This document shows, one piece after another, positions 25,779 through 39,258 of a stretch of DNA of 64,000 nt. The DNA is from the human T2T-CHM13v2.0 reference genome, Homo sapiens. The stretch is taken from NCBI RefSeq assembly GCF_009914755.1, contig NC_060940.1; one strand, 5' to 3'. The notes under the pieces are model-generated. The model was not told the origin of the DNA and ran no database searches. It saw only the letters and a program-made list of their open reading frames with translations. How positions within the stretch are numbered: position 1 is the first letter of the stretch; the number at the start of each line of letters is the position of its first letter. The translations under genes and the position numbers were made by a program.

Positions 25779-28375
25779 CCTACTATATCTCAGCTATTAT
25801 GCTATCTACTAAGGCTTCAGAGATGAAAAAGAAATAGTACCTGACCTACAGAAAGTTTCAGATTAGAAGTGAAAATAAGAAAGGGGTTCGAAAAAAAATC
25901 GAAATTTGAGCAGGCTAATATTGGGAGGATAACCCTTGAGTGTTTCCAGAAGTTACAAAGCTCACACGGCTCTTTCCTATGTTCCCAAAACAGAAGAAAG
26001 TTGTATTGAGATTGTTGTCATGCTGTATCACTTCTGGTAATTTTGCTACCACCAAGGGTGTTGTATAAGCTGACAGTATGATCCCAAACTCAACAGAAAT
26101 ACAACTACTTTTTCAACCTTTCAACCCAGTTCTCAGAACCTGGAAAGAGGACTCATGGTGATAATCCTAAATGTGTGGCAGAAAGAACTAGGTTTGTATC
26201 CTCATAAACCTTACTTTGCATTATCCTAGACATCACATCCTTCACATTATCCTAGAATAACATAAACTCTGAATCTCAGTTTCATAACTTAAAAATAGGA
26301 ATGAAACCTACCTCATGTGTTTGTTGCATTAGATAACGTAACACAAAAGTGTCTAACACATAGTGAATGTGTAGTTATGTTAATTCTTTTTCATTCATAA
26401 GTATTTCTTTAATGTTACTTTTGCAATCCATTTTCTAATAATTAGCATATAATGCCATGAGTTGGCAATAAGGGTATTAGTTTAAACAGGTAGCAGGAAA
26501 TACAGTAAAATAAAGTTCAGCCCGAGACCCCAAAGGTATCTTGGGCTTTGCTTCCTGAGTAAAAAGATTAGCTACCAATAGTCATTAATGATTTAAAATT
26601 GAATCACTTACAAAACAATCAGTAAAAGGGTGATAATTTTTCATGCTCAGAAACGATGACCCATTTGGGACTTCAATATTAGCAGTAACAGTGTTGTCAA
26701 TATGAACCCAACACAGTCCGTAATTAATCAGATCCCAACCCCTTTTGTCTGCTGGGAAATCTCCGAAGTCTGTTCCCGGCACCTTAAAAGATAAAGGTTG
26801 ACCTTGCCCCACTTGCCTAATAATAATATATAGATGTGTAAACATTTACCACAACAATTACAGGTCGCCCTAATGAAATTCGAGGAGCACAAGTCACGAA
26901 AGACCTGAGCATGCATCATAAATTCAGAATCAAACCCACAGGCTGAGATCTGCAAATAAATTACGAGTCAAGCCAAACCCTTTCAAGAGCAGACCTTTTC
27001 CAGGGTCTGGGGAAATCGGGGGTTTTGTGGTCTGACTTCCTTAAAGGACCTGAATGTGCATGGGCCAGGTTTTAAATGCTAACTCTGCGATATTCTTCAC
27101 TTGGAAGTCATTTATCCTTCATGAGTCTCTGTCTCCCTAATCTGTAAACTGGGTGGGTGGGGTGGAGCTTCTATACACAGTAGTTGTGAGTGTAAACAGT
27201 CACTTCATTCATTGGATAGGTGCTTATTAATTATCATCTAGATCCCAGAGATCTAGCATTTCACATAGTACTAGGCATCAGGCAGACATGAAATAAACGG
27301 TGACTATCATATTATATTTGATTTGTCATTCACAATAATAACTAGCATTAGGGTGATTAATGGAAATTTACTCCCTGCAAATTTTATCCTGTAGCAAGTT
27401 TATTGCTTAGGGAGTTAGAGGACCAGAAGAGAAATACGATACTGGGAGAAGGTAGAAAGTTACCAGCAGGTAGGGAACCCCCAGGAGACTGGTATTGCTG
27501 TTCAGCAAAGGGGGGAAAAGAAACAAAGGAAGCTTCTCTCTTGCTTCATACAAACAGAATTACTAAGGAGGAAGAATTGACATGAGCTGAGGGTCTCTCC
27601 CATACCAGGCTGTTTGCTAGAGATGCACTTAAGCCACATCACTTACTCCTTGCAGTCATTCTGCTAAGTTCACTATTGTTATTTCCATGAAGTGGCAATG
27701 CAATTGACAGTCCAAGAGACTAAACTCAAAGACATATAAATAAGAGGAAAAAAGGCCTTTAATTATAAACTAATACATCTGGGGGGAACCTGTGGGGACA
27801 CATGACTCCCAAAGTCTAATGGCAAGTCCCAAGGGGTGTGTGAGTCCAGCAAAAAGATTCTCAGGGACCAGATCTAGGGTGAAAACACTTACCCAAGCAC
27901 AGGTAACAAAATCCCCACTCAGAAAACAGGAAACAGCTGGCACCTGTCAACCTCCTTGGGAGGCCCCTTGAATGGGACAGAGACTTGAAACACCAGAGTA
28001 CCACCTGCCTGTTGCTCCCCGCAGCCGTGCATCCAAATCCTAAATCACGAATGGGAATATTCAGGAATAAAGCTGCCCCATCTAAGACTGTATAGACAGC
28101 AATTGTCATCTGCTCTTAGCAAAACCTGATCCTGTTTTTTTTTTTTAATGCAAATGTAAAACGAGTGCCCTGAATGTCACACTCAAGGAACACTTTGTCT
28201 CTGATTAATCCTAAATGTGGCTATTCAGCATGTGTACTATTCTTCTCCTTAAGTATAAACCCCATTTGTGAAGAAAGATTTGTTCCAGCCTATTGCTTGG
28301 CTACAAATCTCATCCCTGATTTTCTTTCTCTCCCTTGTTACTTAAAAGAACCAAGTTCAGACTTCTGATTGTTAA

Positions 28376-28796
<421 letters not shown>

Positions 28797-29379
28797 TAAA
28801 GAAATGTCCCCCAGTATAGGCCAATGGCAAAAAGCCAGGTTCGTGAGGCCAGGTTTCCTGGGATAGAAGCCGACTGGGCTACGGGATACTTGTGTGATGG
28901 TTGACAAGTTGCTACCTCTCTGTGCTCCAGTCACTTATTGTCAGAGTTGTGAGACTTTAAATATTTATGAAGAGCACTTAGTGCCCATTGTCTATTAAGC
29001 CCCCAACAAATGTTAGCTAGCGTGATCACCGTCCTTGTGGAATGGGAGGAGATAGCTGATATGCTCTCCTCTGCAGTTTGTCAAGATCTTCTTTTAAGCC
29101 CCTGGCACCCATTTCTGTGCTCCCTCAACCTGTTATACTAAAAACAAAGGCTGAGCCCTTCCTAAGTACCAGGCACCTGTTACAAATTTTACAAGCCTCA
29201 TCTCATGATAGCTCCCAGAGGAAGGTGCAACCCTGTGGTCTGCATTCTACAGAGGAGGCACAGAGAGGTGACCTGGGCCAGAACCTGAGCCTCTGGGCTC
29301 TGCAGACTGTCTCAGAGGTGCTGCTTCCTGAAGTCCTCTGACCTGCCGTCCCTCTTCAAAATCAGGATAAACATCACCA

Positions 29380-29530
29380 ATGATTGCCTATAGGGCTTGG
29401 GAAAACTTTCTGGGAGATGTAATTGTTCTTCTCTGTCTTGTTGGGGTTTGGTTACATGAGGATACATTCGTCAAAAACTGTTGTATTGTGTGATATTGTA
29501 CATGAATTTTAACCTCAACTAATAATACCT
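29380..29530 (+). mobile_element. L1ME/MC 3' end fragment
   Basis: actttctgggagatgtaattgttct...ggttacatgaggatacattcgtcaaaa...ttttaacctcaa. Confidence 0.6.
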
Positions 29531-31160
29531 TTTTTAAAAATGCAAGGCAGAAAAGGGTGGAGTAGAAAGGGAGGTAGGGTGGTAGGAAACAATTGGCAGT
29601 GGTGCAGGGTACGGAGGCTGGGGCCATGTGTGGCTGTGGCTCATGCAGCACTGCTTGTGGAGAGAGCCAGAGCCAGTGTTCTCAGCCATCCGTCCCTCGT
29701 ACTTGTATGGTCTGAGCTTTGAGGGTTTCTCAGGGACCATGCTACTTTACCAGTGCCCTCATCTTTTACCGTATGGTCCTACCTCAACTCACATCACCTT
29801 GGAAGAAATTGAAGGGAACTTCCTCCTCCAAAACTGCAAATCCTGAGCACCCCCCATCAAAAGACACCCAGTGCATGGATCCCCTGCAAATCCATGGTGT
29901 CTCCCTCTGTTAGTTGACGCCCATCTTTGTGGGAGGAGCGCCCTTGAAACTGACGCTGAAGATGGGGCAAGGTGAGCCACCAATCTTTTCTGCAGCAACA
30001 TGACCAAGACTTCACGGTCTTGACTCCACTCTTCTGGGTAATGGTGGTGGGGGTGGTTTCCGGTCATTCTGAGATGACTTGGTGTTGATGTCTGTCTCTG
30101 TACCCCATCGTTAATTGTGTGATCTAAGAACCTTATAGAGGCTTGTCTCCCAATCCATTCTAGCCCAGGATCTTGAGCACTCAATTTATTTTTATAATTA
30201 AAAAAATTATTTAATAAACATTGTTCTCCACTCCCAAACCCCTCCCCCAGTTACCTGCATCCCAGCCATTCTTAACAGCGGGAGTTATCAAAATATATTA
30301 AGCTCTGTCTCACCTCCACACTTTTACATCCTCCACTATTCTCTCTATCTGGGATTTGTTTCTTCCTACTTCATCTTTCCAACAATTTGCTAATTCCTCT
30401 CAAGACTCAGCTCATGTCCCTCAGTCTGCAAATGCAGCAGATCGTGCTGACCCCACTCCTAAGTTGCAGCCTTGGCAGGACTGCATTGAGCATCAGTCTC
30501 CCTCACTGGTCACAGTCTGTTAATAACAGGGGATGGGAATCTTTTACTGTCTCATCCTCAGAGCTCACTACACAGTAAGTAATCAACACATGTCCGTTAT
30601 GGACTGAGAGCAAGTACCTATCCACAAATAAATAAATAAAGCAGTGCGCTGCAAAGATCCCCACCTTCTGGGTCTGGGACTCTTTGCCAAAGAGGCCCTC
30701 TGGGCCAGAGTTGGGCTGAAACGATGTTCTCCCACCACAACTCTTCCACCCACCAGAACTGCCAGCACTATTGAAGGCAGGACATTTGCATCTACTGGGC
30801 CTCAGAGCAGGGAGCCTCTTCCACCTGCTGCAGCAGTTGAATTGAGAAGGATAATGCTCTCTCCGAGTTTTAGGTGGCAGAGGGGAGACAGCTTCTCATT
30901 TCGTCCCCAGTTCACATGGATAGATTTCTTTGGTTCTTTTCTCCTTTCCTTCTTTTTATTTGTATTATTATTATTTTCATTCTGAACTCCCAAAAGTAGA
31001 GAGCATCAAAGTGAGCAGTAAGTAGGAAGACTGGAGCTTTGCTAAACCTAAAATTCTGGGACATTGGAGCAAAGGAAGAGGCTGACCCAGAGGGTGAGCG
31101 GCCCCACCTCCGGAGCCCAGGACAATGCTGCCAAGGATCCCAGGAAGGCCTGGATGCAGG

Positions 31161-31174
31161 GTTGCCATGGCAAC
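31161..31174. promoter_or_regulatory. Perfect palindromic RFX X-box
   Basis: GTTGCCATGGCAAC in non-repeat sequence. Confidence 0.7.
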
Positions 31175-31394
31175 AGAGCTGTCACAGGCCCAAGGTCTTG
31201 CTGGGTAAGCACAAATGGATGGCATGCAGGATCCCTCTTTTCATCTGAAAATTACCACTAATTTGCAATTAGTTGGAGGAAAATTGGAGATGGAGGAAAG
31301 GGAATTGCTCTTTTCAGCAAACAAACACGACCACTGAAAATTGACTTTTCACCAGAGTCATAATGGAGAGCAAAGAAAACTTGTCTATAAAGAA

Positions 31395-31620
31395 CACAGG
31401 CTTTGGGGGTACATCAAAGGACTGAATCCTGGTTCTCTCATGTCCTGACTCTGTGACCCTGGAGAAGTATCTTAACCTCTCTGGCTTTGCTTTCTTCTCC
31501 TAGAAAACATTTCTAAAATACCCACTTGCAGGATGGATGGGAAGGTTAAACGAAATAATAGAAGTCAGGTCCTGGACACATAGTAAGTGCCCAGCTAATA
31601 ATGACTGTTATTACCACTAT
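31395..31620 (+). mobile_element. MIR
   Basis: tgaatcctggttct...ctgtgaccctggagaagtatcttaacctctctg...cacatagtaagtgc. Confidence 0.75.
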
Positions 31621-33269
31621 TTGAGGTTTTCATTCATTCACATAATCTTCTTTCCTTCCCTTGCCATTTTCTTAATTTATCCAATTCATTGATTCCACTA
31701 ATTTTTATTAAGCACCTATCTGCCCAAATGTCTTCTACATACCATAGCTCATCACATCAGAGACCCATGAGCAGCCATCAGTGAGAATTACATCCTGCCT
31801 GCAGCCCCAGAGGCCCCCTCACATTCACTTCCTTTTCTAGGACTCTTTCATGTCCCATTAGCACCTCCTCCTCTGCACTCCTGCCAATTGGCATCACGTG
31901 TCTCTCTTGGTCCTTTCAGGAGCTGAAAACACGTGAGGAGCTGTGGCTCACAAAGTCAATAGCATGAAGCAACATCAAAGGCAGAAACTGTGGTAGGATC
32001 AGGGCTCAGCTAAGTCCAGGTGTCCCTGGGCTTTCAGATCTGAGCAGAAACTGGGTCCTGTTTGTCTCTGAGGTCTCAGCCCCAGGACCATTATGCAGAG
32101 TGGGCATGACCAAGTGTCTGGGGAGAACATGCTGGAACAGTATGCTGTGATGCCTTCGGTCATCCCAATGAGCTGTTCACTCTGCCTGGAGGGCTCTTCT
32201 CTCTATGCCTTGGGGAATATCCATTCTTCAGCCCCCAAGTCTGAGTCCCCAGAGTATGTGGGAAAAGTCTCTCCCTTCCTCTCTCTTTCTGCGTGCCCAA
32301 CCCCATCCCAAACCAAGAAAGGGAGCTGACAGCCAGTCCCAAAGACAGAGGTGATGGAGGTTTGTCAAAAGAGCCCCTGTTCTCCCAGGCCGGGTAGCAT
32401 TGCAGCTTAGGAGGATGGGCTGCGACCAAGTCCTGCCTCCCACTAACCGTGTGACCTTGAACAAGTTACTTCTTGAAGCAGCAGTGTGTTCATTTGCAAA
32501 AATGAGTAATGATGATTTGATATTTCCAGGGTGCATCCCTGCTGTCCAAGCCTAAATTGTGGGGCCAGGTGTTAAAACTTCTCTTTCAAGAATCAGGACA
32601 TAACTACTAAGTGTGGCAGCAGCTTGACAATGATGGGGATTGAAAACGAAAGCCCCCTAACCTGCACATGGTGGCCAATAAACCAGAAGAAAACCAAGAT
32701 CATTGTGCTGTGCCCAAAGAAGTTGGCATCCAGAACGGTGCTGGCTGTTGGCATTTCCAGCTCACCTTACCCCCATTAGGATGGATGACGTTAACTAATG
32801 AAGAATTATCCACCCACATTGTAAGCCGCAAGCAATTATGAATTCCATTACCCAGCAACTTGGCTGAGATTCCTCCTAGCTCACCCACAGACGAGAGAAG
32901 TTCCACCCAGAGAACAGAGGCACCTGGGAAACAGGCAGTTAATTGCTGTGGAAGACTGACTAATTAAGTCCTTCCCCAGTGTCAGCCTGTGCTGTCACAG
33001 GTATGCCTTGCTCCTTCCCTATGGTGTGAAGGTGGCAGGGTGGAAAGAGGGCAGAATGTCACAACGACCATGTTCAAACAACTGCTCTGCTGTGTGATCA
33101 CTGCAGAAGTGGTCTAATCTCTTCGAGCTCCATTTGCCTCCTCTACCAAATGAGGTTGATACTATCCTAAGGAAATATATGTGTGTGGAGAATGCCCTTT
33201 GCATCCGAGCATCCTTGTTGATGGACACAGACCATACTAGTGACAGTGACCTGGATGAGGCTTTATCAT

Positions 33270-33525
33270 CATGCTCATAACAACAGCTTACATTTTTCAA
33301 ACACTGGTTCTTCCAAGCATGGGGACTTAGCATGCGTTATTTTATTTAATCTGCAAAATAATTGTCAAAGGTATTCTTATTACCCTTTACTTGACAGACA
33401 GTGTAATCAAAGCTTAGGATTAAATGGTTTGCCAGTGATTACATCCCTTTTTTCTCAAGCTAAAATTTGAATCTAGCCCTTCTGACTCTGGATCCATTGT
33501 TCCTAAGCCGCATCCATACTGCCTC
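33270..33525 (-). mobile_element. MIR
   Basis: ttatttaatctgcaaaata...ttattaccctttacttgacaga...ttctgactctggatccattgttc. Confidence 0.6.
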
Positions 33526-33590
33526 CACTAATCTAGACCACTCCATTATTGCCTCTGAGGAACTTCAGTGGCCTTTGGATCTGCATTTTA

Positions 33591-34464
33591 CAGTCCAGTC
33601 ATGCACCACATAATGACATTTTGGTCAATGATGGACTGCATATAGGATGGTGGTCACATAAGATTATTATGGTGCTGGAAAATTTCTATCACTTAGTGTC
33701 ATCTTAATGATCCTGACCCCGTGTAGGCCTACGCTAATGTGTGTTTGTGTGTCTCAGCTTTTAATTAAAAAGTTTAGAAAGTTAAATAAATAAATAAATA
33801 ATTTTTAAAATAGAAAAAAGCTTATAGAATAAAGATATATTCTGTATTATAATATTTTTGTATGCCTGTACATCATGTTCATGTTTTAAGCTAATTGTTA
33901 TTACATGAGTCAAAAATTTAAAAAAAAGAATGTTTCTAAAGTAAGTTATAGTAAACTAAGTTTAATTTATTAATAAAGAAAAAACTTTCTATACATTTAA
34001 TGTAGCCTAGGTGTACAGTGTTTATAAAGTTTACAGTAGTATACAATAATGTCCTAGGCCTTTCACATTCACTCACCACTCACTCCCTGACTCACCCAAA
34101 GCAACTTCCTCTCCTATAAGCACCATTCATGGTAAGTGCTCTATGGCATTTATAGGTATACCCTATACAGGTACTCCCTACACAGCTGTACCAATTTTAA
34201 TATTTTACAGGGTATTTTACTGTACCTTGTCTATGTTTCAGTAAACAAATACTTACAATTGTGTTACGACTGCCTACAGTCTGCAGTACAGTAACCTACG
34301 GTATAGATTGTATCCTAGGAGTGAAACCCAAGACATGTAACCTAGGTGTGCAGTAGGCTATACCATCTAGGTCTGTGTAAATATACCCGATGATATTCAC
34401 ATGACAAAATCGCCAAGTGACGCATTTCTCAGAACATATTCCTATCATTAAGAAATGCAGACTG
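33591..34464 (+). mobile_element. Tigger3b (Golem) DNA transposon relic
   Basis: TA|cagtc(cagtc)atgcaccacataatgacatttt ... atcattaagaaatgcagactg|TA. Interior ggccttcacattcactcaccactcact and gtaggctataccatctagg. Confidence 0.88.
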
Positions 34465-35189
34465 TAGTAACTTAATAGCATCACAGATGTTAGGCATGAC
34501 AAGTCCTAGTTGAGATTTTACTTTCTTTTAATAAGGATCACAGTGCACAGGGCATGTGAAGGAGTATTTTGCACCTGTCACACCAGGGTGCAACCAATCT
34601 CTGATTAATGCTGTTAATTCAGCTAATGTTGACTTGTAAATAATTCAACTGCCACTGAAACACTTTTGTCACTGCTTCCCACCACAGAACACCAACTAAT
34701 ATTGGCACTCCTGTCCAGGCATGACTTTCTAAAGTCAAACAACCATTGATCCAAAGGGTTGGCCCTAGAAATGTTCTTCTTACTCGTGGCTCCTAAGCAG
34801 GCATTTTCTACCATCACACATCAGCTCAGTCTGCCAGTGAAGACTCAAGCTTTGCTGACCAGCATTATTCATGATCAAGACATGGTCGTGAAGACTCACC
34901 CTGAGTCCCAGTAGAATTTCAATGGCTCACTTGTTCATCCTTTAATTCAACAAACACATATATCTAAAATGCCTCTCCACAACCATGGTATCCCATCACG
35001 GCTGAGGTGCAGAATCACCAGCAAGTGGGTATAAGTGGATCTCTAAATGCAAACCCTGAGTTATTGAATCAACATCTCATAGATGGAGTCAGAGCATGCT
35101 TTCACAGAGTAGGTGCTCAATAAATCTTTGTTGAATGAATCTATAGCAACAGCAACAGGTGCTGCTTCTTGAGCTAATGCAGTAATACT

Positions 35190-35375
35190 GCTCAGATCCT
35201 GATTCCACTATTTCCCAGTACTATGTGACCATGGTGTTTCTCAATCTCTCTGTACCTTAGTTTGCTCCTCTGATATAACCATAGTACCTAGACTGGATAA
35301 AGAAAATGTGGCATATACACACCATGGAATACTATGCAGCCACAAAAAAGAATGAGATAATGTCCTACCTCACTG
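35190..35375 (+). mobile_element. MIR 5' part (continues at 38146-38250)
   Basis: tgtgaccatgg...tctctctgtaccttagtttgctcctctg...atagtaccta/cctcactg, then after the L1MB gatttttatgagaagttaaatgagctaat. Confidence 0.7.
35289..35366 (+). mobile_element. 78-bp internal L1PA fragment without poly(A)
   Basis: tagactggataaagaaaatgtggcatatacacaccatggaatactatgcagcc...atgtcct corresponds to the L1 ORF2 C-terminal region (compare 53557-53633). Confidence 0.9.
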
Positions 35376-38145
35376 TTTTTTAAGTTTTTTGAGATATAAT
35401 TCACATACCATACAATTCATCCAAAGTGTATAATTCAATGGCTTTTAGTATAGTTACAAAATTGTGCATCCATCATCACAATCAAATCTGGAATATTTTC
35501 ATTGACCCCAAAAGAAACCCCATACTTCTTAGTAATCACTCCCCCAACCCTCTTACCATGTCCCTAAACTTAGTCAACCATGAATCGACTGTCTCTATAG
35601 ATTTGCCTATTCTGGGCATTTCACGTAAGTGGAATTATACAACATGTGGTCCTTTGTGACTGGCTTATTTCATTATCAATGAGCATAGTATTCATGAGGC
35701 TCATTCATGTGGTATCATTTTTCAGTACTTCATTCCTTTTTCTTAACAATGTTCCATTGTACGGATGTGCCACGTTGTTTATCCATTTATTGTTTGATGG
35801 GCATTTGGGTTGTTACAACTTTTGAGCTATTGTGAATAATGCTGCTACAAAGATTCATATAAAAATTTTGTGTAAATGTACATTTTCCTTTCTCGTAAGT
35901 TTATACCTAGGAATGGAATTGCTGGATCACATGGTAACTCTATCATTTAACCATTTGAGGAATTGTTTTTCAAAGTGGCCATAACATCTTAACCTCCCAT
36001 CTGCACTATATGAAGGTTCAATCATCCCCATTCTCTCCAACGCTTGTTATTAACTGTCTTTTTTATTATAGTTATCCTACTGGGTGTAAAGTTGTATTTA
36101 ATGCTATTTTTAATTTGCATTTCCATGATTGCTAATAATGTTGGGCATCTTTTGATGGGCTTATTGGTTATTTATATCTCTTATTTGGAGAAAGGTCTAT
36201 TCGGATCCTTTCCCCATTTTTAACTGGGTTGTCTTTTAATTATTGAGTTGCAATAGGGTCCTTATATTTTCTAGGTACAAGTTCTTTTTAATTTTGCTTG
36301 AGTCCAGTTTAAATATTTTTTTCTTTTACTGATGTGTCTTCAGTAGTATATCTAAGAAACCATCAACTAATACAAGGTTATAAAGAATTATACCAGTGTT
36401 TTCTTCAAAGAATTTTATAGTTTTAGCTCTCACATTTAGATATTTGATGTATTTGAATTAATTTTTGCAAACGGTGTGAAGTAGAGTGTCCACCTTCATT
36501 CTTTTGCATAAGGATATCGTTTTTCCTAAATCATGTTTTAAAAAGACAATAATTTCCCCCACTGAATAGTCTTGAACCTGTTTCAAAAACCACTTGACCA
36601 TAAATTTTATGGTTTATTCTGGACTTTCAATTCTGTTCCATTGATCTATGTCTCTATTATTGTGCCAGTTCCATACTGTTTTGATTACCACAACTTTGTA
36701 GTAAGATTTAAAATTGGGAAGTATGATTTCTCCATATTTATTCTTTTTAAAGATTCTTCCATCTATTCTGAGTCCCTTGAATTTTCATATGAATTGTAGG
36801 ACAATTTATAAATTTCTGCAGACAAGTCAGCTGAGATTTTGACAGAGATTGTATTGGATCTATAGATTACTTTGGGTAGTATTGCAACCTTAACAATATT
36901 AAGTCATCCAATCCTTGTAAACAAGCTATCTCGCCATTTGTTTAAGTCTTCTTTAATTTCTTTCAAAAATGTTTTGTAGTTTCCATAGTATACATATTGA
37001 ACTTATTTTTTAAATTTATTTTTCAGTATTTTATTCTTTTGGTGCTAGCTTAAATACAATGTTGTATGGAAGTGGTGAGAGTGGATATTCCTGTTTTGTC
37101 CCTGCTCTAAGGGGAAAAGCATTCAGTCTTTCACTATTAAGTATGATGTAAGTTAGCTGTGGGTTTTGATAGATGCCATTTATGGGGTTGAGTCAGTTAT
37201 CTTCTATGTCTAGTTTGTTGAGTATTTTTATTATTAAGTCGTGTTTAATTTTTGTTGAATGCTTTTTCTGCAACTTTTGAGATGATCATGTGGTTTCTGT
37301 TCTTTATTCTGTTGAGGTGCCATATTATATTCATTACTTTTTTAATGTTAAACCAACTTTGCATTCTCATTTGGTCACACCATATAATCCTTTTAAGATA
37401 CTGTTGGATTTTATTTGATAGTATTTTTTTGAGGATTTTTACATCTATATCATAAGAGATATTGGTCTGTAGTGTTACTTCCTGGCAATATCTTTATCTG
37501 GTTTTGGTAGCAGAGTAATGCTGAACTCATAGAATAAGTGGAAAGTGTGGTATCCTCTTCTATTTTTTGGAGAACTTTGGGAATAATTGGTATTAATTCT
37601 CATTAACTAAATATCTGGTAGAATTCACCAGTGAAGCCATCGGATCCTGGGTATTCTCTATGGGATTTTTAAAATTCTAATTTAATGTCTTTACTTGTTA
37701 GCAGTTCATTTGGACCTTTCTATTTCCCCTTGAGTCCTTTTAGGTAGTTCATATCTTTATAGGAAGTTTCCTATTTCATCTAAGCTTTCTAATTTGTTGG
37801 CACACAGTTGTTCACAGTATTCCCTCATACTTCACTTATCTATTTTTGTAAGGTCAGTAGTAATGTCCACTCTCTCATTTCTGATTTTAGTAATTTGAGT
37901 CTTATTTTTTTTTCTTAGTGGGGATATTGAACATCTCCAACTTTTGTTTCTGAATTGTCTGTTTCTTCCCTCAATTCTGTCAGTCTTTGCTTCATTTATC
38001 TAGTGGTTCTGTTGTTTAGGTGCATACATACTCATACTTGTAACTTTCTGATGGAGTGATCTTTGTATCATTATTAAAAGTTTAACTCTAGTAACATTTT
38101 CGTGTTAAAATCTAATTGGTCTGATATTAATGTAGCCATTCCAAC
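35376..38145 (-). mobile_element. L1MB (MB7/8-like) 3'UTR plus ORF2 with internal deletions
   Basis: gagatataattcacataccatacaattc 3' end, long antisense ORF2, flanked by cactg on both sides. Confidence 0.88.
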
Positions 38146-38774
38146 CACTGGATTTTTATGAGAAGTTAAATGAGCTAATCTATATGAATCATACAGAAAA
38201 GCATGTAGCAAAGGGCATATATTTGATAAATATTAGCTAATACTGTTACCCATGGGACACTGTTGGAGTGGGTTTACATGTCTGATTTCAGTTAAAGCTC
38301 TCCACATCCACCCCTGAAGTACATACAGTTTTCTGTATCTTATAGAAGAAAAATGGAAAAACAAGAGTTCAAGAGATTGCCCAAGATCCCCAAGCCAAGA
38401 GGGTGATTCTAATTGAATCTGACTCCAAAACCCATTCTCTCTTCTGTATATTCTACTTTAGATGCTGTGGCCAAAGCAGTTATCTATAAGATATTAATTC
38501 TATATTTCAACTGAAGATAAATTGTAGTGGTCAACAACATGGACTTGGAGGCATGAACCTGGAGCCACTATTTATTATTGTCTCAGTTTCCTCTTCTATA
38601 TCATAGTGATTCTGATGCTGTCTGCTCCAAGGGGTCACTATGAGTATTAACTATGATGATATCAGTAAATTTTCTGGCACCTAGAGATCAGTCAATAAAG
38701 ACTGGCTGTTATTAATATTACATTTAGAATTATTATTATTGATAGGTAATGGGTGAAGATGCACACTAACATAT

Positions 38775-39146
38775 TGTATTAGTCTGTTTTCAGGCTGCTG
38801 ATAAAGACATACCTAAGACTGGGTAATTTATAAAGAAAAAGAGGTTTAATGGACTCACAATTTCACACGGCTAGGGAGGACTCACAATCATGGTGGAAGG
38901 TGAAAGGCATGTCTTACATGGTGGCAGGCAAGAGAGAATGAGAGCTAAGTGAAAGGGGAAACCCCTTATAAAACCATCATATCTCATAAGACTTATTCAC
39001 TACCATGAGAACAGTACGGGGGAAACCACCCCCCATACTGGCAATGATTCGATTATCTCCCACCGGGTCCCTCCCACAACACATGGGAATTATAGGTGCT
39101 ACAATTCAAGATGACATTTGGGTGGGGACACAGCCAAACCGTATCA
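38775..39146 (-). mobile_element. THE1 (THE1B-like) solo LTR
   Basis: tgtattagtctgttttc...cagccaaaccgtatca. Perfect 5-bp TSD catat. Confidence 0.95.
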
Positions 39147-39196
39147 CATATCTACCAGGGAATGTAAGAACTGCCACAAGGTACACAGGAGGAAGA

Positions 39197-39227
39197 TGTG
39201 TGTGTGTGTGTGTGTGTGCGCGCGCGC

Positions 39228-39254
<27 letters not shown>
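39197..39254. repeat. (TG)11(CG)5(TG)13 compound microsatellite
   Basis: Read directly from the sequence. Confidence 0.97.

Positions 39255-39258
<4 letters not shown>

Noticed and set aside
31233-31303. Possible pre-miRNA hairpin around ctaatt-tgc-aattag
   Set aside because: Only short stems separated by large internal loops. I do not recognise a mature miRNA.
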